Assembly (NCBI GenBank): GCA_964016885.1
Contig: CAXHJY010000161.1
Coordinates: 233,001-297,000, forward strand
Length of the DNA: 64,000 bases
Direction of reading: 5' to 3'
Source of the DNA: Eledone cirrhosa
Taxonomy: Eukaryota
Shown: piece after piece, positions 45,841 through 60,349 of the stretch
Position numbering within the stretch: the first letter of the stretch is position 1
How the letters are laid out: each line of letters begins with the position of its first letter
Notes under the pieces: model-generated
The model's input: the letters and a program-made list of their open reading frames with translations, nothing else
What the model was told of the DNA's origin: nothing
Databases searched by the model: none
Translations under genes and position numbers: made by a program

Positions 45841-48800
45841 ACTGGCACTGACAGAGAAAACAGCAACAACTACAACAACACTGGCACTGACACAGAAAAC
45901 AGCAACAACTACAACAACACTGGCACTGACACAGAAAACAGCAACAACTACAACAACACTGGCACTGACACAGAAAACAGCAACAACAACAACACTGGCA
46001 CTGACACAGAAAACAGCAACAACAACAACACTGGCACTGACACAGAAAACAGCAACAACAACAACACTGGCACTGACAGAGAAAACAGCAACAACAACAC
46101 CGGCACTGACACAGAAAACAGCAACAACTACAACAACACTGGCACTGACAGAGAAAACAGCAACAACTACAACAACACTGGCACTGACAGAGAAAACAGC
46201 AACAACTACAACAACACTGGCACTGACACTGAAAAAAGCAACAACTACAACAACACTGGCACTGACACAGAAAACAGCAACAACTACAACAACACTGGCA
46301 GTGACACAGAAAACAGCAACAACAACAACACTGGCACTGACACAGAAAACAGCAACAAAAAAAAACACTGGCACTGACAGAGAAAACAGCAACAACAACA
46401 ACACCGGCACTGACACAGAAAACAGCAACAACTACAACAACACTGGCACTGACAGAGAAAACAGCAACAACTACAACAACACTGGCACTGACAGAGAAAA
46501 CAGCAACATCAACAACACTGGCACTGACACAGAAAACAGTAACAACTACAACAACACTGGCACTAACACAGAAAACAGCAACAACTACAACATCACTGGC
46601 ACTGACAGAGAAAACAGCAACAACAACAACAACAACACTGACACTGACAGAGAAAACAGCAACAACTACAACAACACTGGCACTGACACAGAAAACAGCA
46701 ACAACTACAACAACACTGGCACTGACAGAGAAAACAGCAACAACTACAACAACACTGGCACTGACAGAGAAAACAGCAACAAAAACAACACTGGCACTGA
46801 CACAGAAAACAGCAACAATTACAACAACACTGGCACTGACAGAGAAACCAGCAACAACTACAACAACACTGGCACAGACAGAGAAAACAGCAACAACTAC
46901 AACAACACTGGCACTGACAGAGAAAACAGCAACAACGACAACACTGGCACTGACGCAGAAAACAGCAACAACTACAACAACACTGACAATGACAGTGAAA
47001 ATAGCAACAACAACACTGGCACTGACACAGAAAACAGCAACAACAACAACACTGGCACTGACACAGAAAACAGCAACAACAGCAACAACAGTGGCACTGA
47101 CACAGAAAACAGCAACAATTACAACAACACTGGCACTGACAGAGAAAACATCAACAACAAAAACACTGGCACTGACACAGAAAACAGCAACAACTACAAC
47201 AACACTGGCACTGACAGAGAAAACAGCAACAACTACAACAACACTGGCACTGACAGAGAAAACAGCAACAACTACAACAACACTGGCACTGACAGAGAAA
47301 ACAGCAACAACTACAACAACACTGGCACTGACAGAGAAAACAGCAACAACAACACTGGCACTGACAGAGAAAACAGCAACAACAACACTGGCACTGACAG
47401 AGAAAACAGCAACAACGACAACACTGGCACAGACACAGAAAACAGCAACAACAACAGTGGCACTGACACAGAAAACAGCAACAACTACAACAACACTGGC
47501 ACTGACAGAGAAAACAGCAACAACAACAACACTGGCACTGACACAGAAAACAGAAACAACTACAACAACATTGGCACTGACAGAGAAAGCAGCAACAACT
47601 ACAACAACACTGGCACTGACAGAGAAAACAGCAACAGCAACCATACTGGCACTGACAGAGAAAACAGCAACAACTACAACAACACTGGCACTAACACAGA
47701 AAACAGCAACAACTACAACATCACTGGCACTGACAGAGAAAACAGCAACAGCAACAACACTGGCACTGACAGTGAAGATAGCAACAACACCAACACTGGC
47801 ACTGACACAGAAAACAGCAACAACAACAACACTGGCACTGACACAGAAAACAGCAACAACTACAACAACACTGGCATTGACAGAGAAAACAGCAACAACA
47901 ACAACACTGGCACTGACAGTGAAAATAGCAACAACAACACTGGCACTGACAGAGAAAACAGCAACAACAACAACAACACTGGCACTGACAGAGAAAACAG
48001 CAACAACTACAACACTGGCACTGACAGAGAAAACAGCAACAACAACAACACTGGCACTGACAAAGAAAACAGCAACAACTACAACAACACTGGCACTGAC
48101 ACAGAAAACAGCAACAACTACAACAAAACTGGCACTGACAGAGAAAACAGCAACAACTACAACAACACTGGCACTGACAGAGAAAACAGCAACAACACTG
48201 GCACTGACACAGAAAACAGCAACAACTACAACAACACTGGCACTGACAGAGAAAACAGCAACAACTACAACAACACTGGCACTGACACAGAAAACAGCAA
48301 CAACTACAACAACACTGGCACTGACAGAGAAAACAGCAACAACAACAACACTGGCACTGACACAGAAAACAGCAACAACTACAACAACACTGGCACTGAC
48401 AGAGAAAACAGCAACAACTACAACAACACTGGCACTGACAGAGAAAACAGCAACAACTACAACAACACTGGCACTGACACTGAAAAAAGCAACAACTACA
48501 ACAACACTGGCACTGACACAGAAAACAGCAACAACTACAACAACACTGGCACTGACACAGAAAACAGCAACAACACTGGCACTGACACAGAAAACAGCAG
48601 CAACAAAAACACTGGCACTGACAGAGAAAACAGCAACAACAACAACACTGGCACTGACAGAGAAAACAGCAACAACAACAACACCGGCACTGACACAGAA
48701 AACAGCAACAACTACAACAACACTGGCACTGACAGAGAAAACAGCAACAATTACAACAACACTGGCACTGACAGAGAAAACAGCAACAACAACAACACTG

Positions 48801-51800
48801 GCACTGACACAGAAAACAGCAACAACTACAACACTGGCACTGACAGAGAAAACAGCAACAACTACAACAACACTGCCACTGACAGAGAAAACAGCAACAG
48901 CAACAACACTGGCACTGACACAGAAAACAGCAACAACAGCAACAACAACACTGGCACTGACACAGAAAACAGCAACAACAACACTGGCACTGACACAGAA
49001 AACAGCAACAACTACAACAACACTGGCACTGACAGAGAAAACAGCAACAACTACAACAACACTGGCACTGACACAGAAAACAGCAACAACTACAACAACA
49101 CTGGCACTGACAGAGAAAACAGCAACAACAACACTGGCACTGACACAGAAAACAGCAACAACTACAACAACACTGGCACTGACACAGTAAACAGCAACAA
49201 CTACAACAACACTGGCACTGACAGAGAAAACAGCAACAACTACAACACTGGCACTGACACAGAAAACAGCAACAACTACAACAACACTGGCACTGACACA
49301 GAAAACAGCAACAACTAAAACAACACCGGCACTGACACAGAAAACAGCAACAACTACAACAACACTGGCACGGAAAACAGCAACAACAGCAACAACAACA
49401 CTGGCACTGACACAGAAAACAGCAACAACAGCAACAACAACCGTGGCACTGACACAGAAAACAGCAACAACAGCAACAATAACACTGGCACTGGCACAGA
49501 AAACAGCAACAGCAATACTGGAACTGACACAGAAAACAGCAACAACTACAACACTGACACTGACAGAGAAAGCAGCAACAACAACAACACTGTCACTGAC
49601 AGAGAAAACAGCAACAACTACAACAACACTGGCACTGACAGAGAAAACAGCAACAACTACAACACTGGCCCTGACAGAGAAAACATCAACAACAACACTG
49701 GCACTGACAAAGAAAACAGCAACAACTACAACAACACTGGCACTGACACAGAAAACAGCAACAACTACAACAAAACTGGCACTGACAGAGAAAACAGCAA
49801 CAACTACAACACTGGCACTGACACAGAAAACAGCAACAACTACAACAACACTGGCACTGACACAGAAAACAGCAACAACTAAAACAACACTGGCACTGAC
49901 ACAGAAAACAGCAACAACTACAACAACACTGGCACTGACACAGAAAACAGCAACAACAACAACACTGGCACTGACACAGAAAACAGCAACAACAACAACA
50001 CTGGCACTGACAAAGAAAATAGCAACAACAACAACACTGGCACTGACAGAGAAAACAGCAACAACAACAACACCGGCACTGACACAGAAAACAGCAACAA
50101 CTACAACAACACTGGCACTGACAGAGAAAACAGCAACAACTACAACAACACTGGCACTGACAGAGAATACAGCAACAACAACAACACTGGCACTGACACA
50201 GAAAACAGCAACAACAACAACACTGGCACTGACACAGAAAACAGCAACAACAACAACACTGGCACTGACAGAGAAAACAGCAACAACTACAACAACACTG
50301 GCACTGACACAGAAAACAGCAACAACTACAACAACACTGGCACTGACACAGAAAACAGCAACAACTACAACAACACTGGCACTGACACAGAAAACAGCAA
50401 CAACAACAACACTGGCACTGACACAGAAAACAGCAACAACAACAACACTGGCACTGACACAGAAAACAGCAACAACAACAACACTGGCACTGACAGAGAA
50501 AACAGCAACAACAACACCGGCACTGACACAGAAAACAGCAACAACTACAACAACACTGGCACTGACAGAGAAAACAGCAACAACTACAACAACACTGGCA
50601 CTGACAGAGAAAACAGCAACAACTACAACAACACTGGCACTGACACTGAAAAAAGCAACAACTACAACAACACTGGCACTGACACAGAAAACAGCAACAA
50701 CTACAACAACACTGGCAGTGACACAGAAAACAGCAACAACAACAACACTGGCACTGACACAGAAAACAGCAACAAAAAAAAACACTGGCACTGACAGAGA
50801 AAACAGCAACAACAACAACACCGGCACTGACACAGAAAACAGCAACAACTACAACAACACTGGCACTGACAGAGAAAACAGCAACAACTACAACAACACT
50901 GGCACTGACAGAGAAAACAGCAACATCAACAACACTGGCACTGACACAGAAAACAGTAACAACTACAACAACACTGGCACTAACACAGAAAACAGCAACA
51001 ACTACAACATCACTGGCACTGACAGAGAAAACAGCAACAACAACAACAACACTGACACTGACAGAGAAAACAGCAACAACTACAACAACACTGGCACTGA
51101 CACAGAAAACAGCAACAACTACAACAACACTGGCACTGACAGAGAAAACAGCAACAACTACAACAACACTGGCACTGACAGAGAAAACAGCAACAAAAAC
51201 AACACTGGCACTGACACAGAAAACAGCAACAATTACAACAACACTGGCACTGACAGAGAAACCAGCAACAACTACAACAACACTGGCACAGACAGAGAAA
51301 ACAGCAACAACTACAACAACACTGGCACTGACAGAGAAAACAGCAACAACGACAACACTGGCACTGACGCAGAAAACAGCAACAACTACAACAACACTGA
51401 CAATGACAGTGAAAATAGCAACAACAACACTGGCACTGACACAGAAAACAGCAACAACAACAACACTGGCACTGACACAGAAAACAGCAACAACAGCAAC
51501 AACAGTGGCACTGACACAGAAAACAGCAACAATTACAACAACACTGGCACTGACAGAGAAAACATCAACAACAAAAACACTGGCACTGACACAGAAAACA
51601 GCAACAACTACAACAACACTGGCACTGACAGAGAAAACAGCAACAACTACAACAACACTGGCACTGACAGAGAAAACAGCAACAACTACAACAACACTGG
51701 CACTGACAGAGAAAACAGCAACAACTACAACAACACTGGCACTGACAGAGAAAACAGCAACAACAACACTGGCACTGACAGAGAAAACAGCAACAACAAC

Positions 51801-54800
51801 ACTGGCACTGACAGAGAAAACAGCAACAACGACAACACTGGCACAGACACAGAAAACAGCAACAACAACAGTGGCACTGACACAGAAAACAGCAACAACT
51901 ACAACAACACTGGCACTGACAGAGAAAACAGCAACAACAACAACACTGGCACTGACACAGAAAACAGAAACAACTACAACAACATTGGCACTGACAGAGA
52001 AAGCAGCAACAACTACAACAACACTGGCACTGACAGAGAAAACAGCAACAGCAACCATACTGGCACTGACAGAGAAAACAGCAACAACTACAACAACACT
52101 GGCACTAACACAGAAAACAGCAACAACTACAACATCACTGGCACTGACAGAGAAAACAGCAACAGCAACAACACTGGCACTGACAGTGAAGATAGCAACA
52201 ACACCAACACTGGCACTGACACAGAAAACAGCAACAACAACAACACTGGCACTGACACAGAAAACAGCAACAACTACAACAACACTGGCATTGACAGAGA
52301 AAACAGCAACAACAACAACACTGGCACTGACAGTGAAAATAGCAACAACAACACTGGCACTGACAGAGAAAACAGCAACAACAACAACAACACTGGCACT
52401 GACAGAGAAAACAGCAACAACTACAACACTGGCACTGACAGAGAAAACAGCAACAACAACAACACTGGCACTGACAAAGAAAACAGCAACAACTACAACA
52501 ACACTGGCACTGACACAGAAAACAGCAACAACTACAACAAAACTGGCACTGACAGAGAAAACAGCAACAACTACAACAACACTGGCACTGACAGAGAAAA
52601 CAGCAACAACACTGGCACTGACACAGAAAACAGCAACAACTACAACAACACTGGCACTGACAGAGAAAACAGCAACAACTACAACAACACTGGCACTGAC
52701 ACAGAAAACAGCAACAACTACAACAACACTGGCACTGACAGAGAAAACAGCAACAACAACAACACTGGCACTGACACAGAAAACAGCAACAACTACAACA
52801 ACACTGGCACTGACAGAGAAAACAGCAACAACTACAACAACACTGGCACTGACAGAGAAAACAGCAACAACTACAACAACACTGGCACTGACACAGAAAA
52901 CAGCAACAACTACAACAACACTGGCACTGACACAGAAAACAGCAACAACACTGGCACTGACACAGAAAACAGCAGCAACAAAAACACTGGCACTGACAGA
53001 GAAAACAGCAACAACAACAACACTGGCACTGACAGAGAAAACAGCAACAACAACAACACCGGCACTGACACAGAAAACAGCAACAACTACAACAACACTG
53101 GCACTGACAGAGAAAACAGCAACAATTACAACAACACTGGCACTGACAGAGAAAACAGCAACAACAACAACACTGGCACTGACACAGAAAACAGCAACAA
53201 CTACAACACTGGCACTGACAGAGAAAACAGCAACAACTACAACAACACTGCCACTGACAGAGAAAACAGCAACAGCAACAACACTGGCACTGACACAGAA
53301 AACAGCAACAACAGCAACAACAACACTGGCACTGACACAGAAAACAGCAACAACAACACTGGCACTGACACAGAAAACAGCAACAACTACAACAACACTG
53401 GCACTGACAGAGAAAACAGCAACAACTACAACAACACTGGCACTGACACAGAAAACAGCAACAACTACAACAACACTGGCACTGACAGAGAAAACAGCAA
53501 CAACAACACTGGCACTGACACAGAAAACAGCAACAACTACAACAACACTGGCACTGACACAGTAAACAGCAACAACTACAACACTGGCACTGACAGAGAA
53601 AACAGCAACAACTACAACACTGGCACTGACACAGAAAACAGCAACAACTACAACAACACTGGCACTGACACAGAAAACAGCAACAACTAAAACAACACCG
53701 GCACTGACACAGAAAACAGCAACAACTACAACAACACTGGCACGGAAAACAGCAACAACAGCAACAACAACACTGGCACTGACACAGAAAACAGCAACAA
53801 CAGCAACAACAACCGTGGCACTGACACAGAAAACAGCAACAACAGCAACAATAACACTGGCACTGGCACAGAAAACAGCAACAGCAATACTGGAACTGAC
53901 ACAGAAAACAGCAACAACTACAACACTGACACTGACAGAGAAAGCAGCAACAACAACAACACTGTCACTGACAGAGAAAACAGCAACAACTACAACAACA
54001 CTGGCACTGACAGAGAAAACAGCAACAACTACAACACTGGCCCTGACAGAGAAAACATCAACAACAACACTGGCACTGACAAAGAAAACAGCAACAACTA
54101 CAACAACACTGGCACTGACACAGAAAACAGCAACAACTACAACAAAACTGGCACTGACAGAGAAAACAGCAACAACTACAACAACACTGGCACTGACAGA
54201 GAAAACAGCAACAACAACACTGGCACTGACACAGAAAACAGCAACAACTACAACAACACTGGCACTGACAGAGAAAACAGCAACAACTACAACAACACTG
54301 GCACTGACACAGAAAACAGCAACAACTACAACAACACTGGCACTGACAGAGAAAACAGCAACAACAACAACACTGGCACTGACACAGAAAACAGCAACAA
54401 CTACAACAACACTGGCACTGACAGACAAAACGGCAACAACTACAACAACACTGGCACTGACAGAGAAAACAGCAACAACTACAACAACACTGGCACTGAC
54501 AGAGAAAACAGCAACAACTACAACAACACTGGCACTGACACAGAAAACAGCAACAACTACAACAACACTGGCACTGACAGAGAAAACAGCAACAACAACA
54601 ACACTGGCACTGACACAGAAAACAGCAACAACTACAACAACACTGGCACTGACAGAGAAAACAGCAACAACTACAACAACACTGGCACTGACAGAGAAAA
54701 CAGCAACAACTACAACAACACTGGCACTGACACTGAAAAAAGCAACAACTACAACAACACTGGCACTGACACAGAAAACAGCAACAACTACAACAACACT

Positions 54801-57800
54801 GGCACTGACAGAGAAAACAGCAACAACTACAACAACACTGGCACTGACAGAGAAAACAGCAACAACTACAACAACACTGGCACTGACACTGAAAAAAGCA
54901 ACAACTACAACAACACTGGCACTGACACAGAAAACAGCAACAACTACAACAACACTGGCAGTGACACAGAAAACAGCAACAACAACAACACTGGCACTGA
55001 CACAGAAAACAGCAACAAAAAAAAACACTGGCACTGACAGAGAAAACAGCAACAACAACAACACCGGCACTGACACAGAAAACAGCAACAACTACAACAA
55101 CACTGGCACTGACAGAGAAAACAGCAACAACTACAACAACACTGGCACTGACAGAGAAAACAGCAACATCAACAACACTGGCACTGACACAGAAAACAGT
55201 AACAACTACAACAACACTGGCACTAACACAGAAAACAGCAACAACTACAACATCACTGGCACTGACAGAGAAAACAGCAACAACAACAACAACACTGACA
55301 CTGACAGAGAAAACAGCAACAACTACAACAACACTGGCACTGACACAGAAAACAGCAACAACTACAACAACACTGGCACTGACAGAGAAAACAGCAACAA
55401 CTACAACAACACTGGCACTGACAGAGAAAACAGCAACAAAAACAACACTGGCACTGACACAGAAAACAGCAACAATTACAACAACACTGGCACTGACAGA
55501 GAAACCAGCAACAACTACAACAACACTGGCACAGACAGAGAAAACAGCAACAACTACAACAACACTGGCACTGACAGAGAAAACAGCAACAACGACAACA
55601 CTGGCACTGACGCAGAAAACAGCAACAACTACAACAACACTGACAATGACAGTGAAAATAGCAACAACAACACTGGCACTGACACAGAAAACAGCAACAA
55701 CAACAACACTGGCACTGACACAGAAAACAGCAACAACAGCAACAACAGTGGCACTGACACAGAAAACAGCAACAATTACAACAACACTGGCACTGACAGA
55801 GAAAACATCAACAACAAAAACACTGGCACTGACACAGAAAACAGCAACAACTACAACAACACTGGCACTGACAGAGAAAACAGCAACAACTACAACAACA
55901 CTGGCACTGACAGAGAAAACAGCAACAACTACAACAACACTGGCACTGACAGAGAAAACAGCAACAACTACAACAACACTGGCACTGACAGAGAAAACAG
56001 CAACAACAACACTGGCACTGACAGAGAAAACAGCAACAACAACACTGGCACTGACAGAGAAAACAGCAACAACGACAACACTGGCACAGACACAGAAAAC
56101 AGCAACAACAACAGTGGCACTGACACAGAAAACAGCAACAACTACAACAACACTGGCACTGACAGAGAAAACAGCAACAACAACAACACTGGCACTGACA
56201 CAGAAAACAGAAACAACTACAACAACATTGGCACTGACAGAGAAAGCAGCAACAACTACAACAACACTGGCACTGACAGAGAAAACAGCAACAGCAACCA
56301 TACTGGCACTGACAGAGAAAACAGCAACAACTACAACAACACTGGCACTAACACAGAAAACAGCAACAACTACAACATCACTGGCACTGACAGAGAAAAC
56401 AGCAACAGCAACAACACTGGCACTGACAGTGAAGATAGCAACAACACCAACACTGGCACTGACACAGAAAACAGCAACAACAACAACACTGGCACTGACA
56501 CAGAAAACAGCAACAACTACAACAACACTGGCATTGACAGAGAAAACAGCAACAACAACAACACTGGCACTGACAGTGAAAATAGCAACAACAACACTGG
56601 CACTGACAGAGAAAACAGCAACAACAACAACAACACTGGCACTGACAGAGAAAACAGCAACAACTACAACACTGGCACTGACAGAGAAAACAGCAACAAC
56701 AACAACACTGGCACTGACAAAGAAAACAGCAACAACTACAACAACACTGGCACTGACACAGAAAACAGCAACAACTACAACAAAACTGGCACTGACAGAG
56801 AAAACAGCAACAACTACAACAACACTGGCACTGACAGAGAAAACAGCAACAACACTGGCACTGACACAGAAAACAGCAACAACTACAACAACACTGGCAC
56901 TGACAGAGAAAACAGCAACAACTACAACAACACTGGCACTGACACAGAAAACAGCAACAACTACAACAACACTGGCACTGACAGAGAAAACAGCAACAAC
57001 AACAACACTGGCACTGACACAGAAAACAGCAACAACTACAACAACACTGGCACTGACAGAGAAAACAGCAACAACTACAACAACACTGGCACTGACAGAG
57101 AAAACAGCAACAACTACAACAACACTGGCACTGACACTGAAAAAAGCAACAACTACAACAACACTGGCACTGACACAGAAAACAGCAACAACTACAACAA
57201 CACTGGCACTGACACAGAAAACAGCAACAACACTGGCACTGACACAGAAAACAGCAGCAACAAAAACACTGGCACTGACAGAGAAAACAGCAACAACAAC
57301 AACACTGGCACTGACAGAGAAAACAGCAACAACAACAACACCGGCACTGACACAGAAAACAGCAACAACTACAACAACACTGGCACTTACAGAGAAAACA
57401 GCAACAATTACAACAACACTGGCACTGACAGAGAAAACAGCAACAACAACAACACTGGCACTGACACAGAAAACAGCAACAACTACAACACTGGCACTGA
57501 CAGAGAAAACAGCAACAACTACAACAACACTGCCACTGACAGAGAAAACAGCAACAGCAACAACACTGGCACTGACACAGAAAACAGCAACAACAGCAAC
57601 AACAACACTGGCACTGACACAGAAAACAGCAACAACAACACTGGCACTGACACAGAAAACAGCAACAACTACAACAACACTGGCACTGACAGAGAAAACA
57701 GCAACAACTACAACAACACTGGCACTGACACAGAAAACAGCAACAACTACAACAACACTGGCACTGACAGAGAAAACAGCAACAACAACACTGGCACTGA

Positions 57801-59090
57801 CACAGAAAACAGCAACAACTACAACAACACTGGCACTGACACAGTAAACAGCAACAACTACAACACTGGCACTGACAGAGAAAACAGCAACAACTACAAC
57901 ACTGGCACTGACACAGAAAACAGCAACAACTACAACAACACTGGCACTGACACAGAAAACAGCAACAACTAAAACAACACCGGCACTGACACAGAAAACA
58001 GCAACAACTACAACAACACTGGCACGGAAAACAGCAACAACAGCAACAACAACACTGGCACTGACACAGAAAACAGCAACAACAGCAACAACAACCGTGG
58101 CACTGACACAGAAAACAGCAACAACAGCAACAATAACACTGGCACTGGCACAGAAAACAGCAACAGCAATACTGGAACTGACACAGAAAACAGCAACAAC
58201 TACAACACTGACACTGACAGAGAAAGCAGCAACAACAACAACACTGTCACTGACAGAGAAAACAGCAACAACTACAACAACACTGGCACTGACAGAGAAA
58301 ACAGCAACAACTACAACACTGGCCCTGACAGAGAAAACATCAACAACAACACTGGCACTGACAAAGAAAACAGCAACAACTACAACAACACTGGCACTGA
58401 CACAGAAAACAGCAACAACTACAACAAAACTGGCACTGACAGAGAAAACAGCAACAACTACAACAACACTGGCACTGACAGAGAAAACAGCAACAACAAC
58501 ACTGGCACTGACACAGAAAACAGCAACAACTACAACAACACTGGCACTGACAGAGAAAACAGCAACAACTACAACAACACTGGCACTGACACAGAAAACA
58601 GCAACAACTACAACAACACTGGCACTGACAGAGAAAACAGCAACAACAACAACACTGGCACTGACACAGAAAACAGCAACAACTACAACAACACTGGCAC
58701 TGACAGAGAAAACGGCAACAACTACAACAACACTGGCACTGACAGAGAAAACAGCAACAACTACAACAACACTGGCACTGACAGAGAAAACAGCAACAAC
58801 TACAACAACACTGGCACTGACACAGAAAACAGCAACAACTACAACAACACTGGCACTGACAGAGAAAACAGCAACAACAACAACACTGGCACTGACACAG
58901 AAAACAGCAACAACTACAACAACACTGGCACTGACAGAGAAAACAGCAACAACTACAACAACACTGGCACTGACAGAGAAAACAGCAACAACTACAACAA
59001 CACTGGCACTGACACTGAAAAAAGCAACAACTACAACAACACTGGCACTGACACAGAAAACAGCAACAACTACAACAACACTGGCACTGA
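45480..59090. repeat. Three tandem ~4.2-4.4 kb higher-order units, each marked by an A9 tract
   Basis: A9 runs at 46357-46365, 50774-50782 and 55017-55025 (spacings 4,417 and 4,243). Shared private variants include GACGCAGAA, ACA-ATG-ACA (ATG at 46989, 51403, 55646) and CAGTAAACAGCA (TAA at 49188, 53563, 57845). Confidence 0.92.
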
Positions 59091-60349
59091 CACAGAAAAC
59101 AGCAACAACAACACTGGCACTGACACAGAAAACAGCAGCAACAAAAACACTGGCACTGACAGAGAAAACAGCAACAACAACAACACTGGCACTGACAGAG
59201 AAAACAGCAACAACAACAACACCGGCACTGACACAGAAAACAGCAACAACTACAACAACACTGGCACTGACAGAGAAAACAGCAACAATTACAACAACAC
59301 TGGCACTGACAGAGAAAACAGCAACAACAACAACACTGGCACTGACACAGAAAACAGCAACAACTACAACACTGGCACTGACAGAGAAAACAGCAACAAC
59401 TACAACAACACTGCCACTGACAGAGAAAACAGCAACAGCAACAACACTGGCACTGACACAGAAAACAGCAACAACAGCAACAACAACACTGGCACTGACA
59501 CAGAAAACAGCAACAACAACACTGGCACTGACACAGAAAACAGCAACAACTACAACAACACTGGCACTGACAGAGAAAACAGCAACAACTACAACAACAC
59601 TGGCACTGACACAGAAAACAGCAACAACTACAACAACACTGGCACTGACAGAGAAAACAGCAACAACAACACTGGCACTGACACAGAAAACAGCAACAAC
59701 TACAACAACACTGGCACTGACACAGTAAACAGCAACAACTACAACAACACTGGCACTGACAGAGAAAACAGCAACAACTACAACAACACTGGCACTGACA
59801 CAGAAAACAGCAACAACTACAACAACACTGGCACTGACACAGAAAACAGCAACAACTAAAACAACACCGGCACTGACACAGAAAACAGCAACAACTACAA
59901 CAACACTGGCACGGAAAACAGCAACAACAGCAACAACAACACTGGCACTGACACAGAAAACAGCAACAACAGCAACAACAACCGTGGCACTGACACAGAA
60001 AACAGCAACAACAGCAACAATAACACTGGCACTGGCACAGAAAACAGCAACAGCAATACTGGAACTGACACAGAAAACAGCAACAGTAACAACAACAACA
60101 CTGGCACTGACACAGAAAACAGCAACAACAACAACACTGGCACTGACACAGAAAACAGCAACAACAACAACACTGGCACTGACAGTGAAAATAGCAACAG
60201 CAACAACACTGGCACTGACAGAGAAAACAGCAACAACAACAATACTGGCACTGACACAGAAAACAGCAACAACAACAACACTGGCACTGACACAGAAAAC
60301 AGCAACAACAACAACACTGGCACTGACAGAGAAAACAGCAACAACTACA

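Larger units (their letters stand above)
32400..49550. repeat. Long-range paralog of about 700-17400 at offset about 30.7-32.1 kb (boundaries approximate)
   Basis: Rare markers are collinear (approximate positions): GGAACTTAC 1326/33112, AAAAGAGCA 5206/35861, GCAAGAACT 7633/38363, CTGGCTCTGGCA 12727/43760, CTGAAAGAG 13405/44438, GAATACAG 13830/44863, GTGAAGATA 15994/47772, CTGCCACTG 16747/48873. Confidence 0.88.

Noticed and set aside
46989-57847. ATG-initiated ORFs at 46989, 51403 and 55646 as true genes
   Set aside because: The ATG is a single CTG->ATG substitution copied with the 4.3-kb unit, with identical repeat upstream and no distinct promoter or leader.
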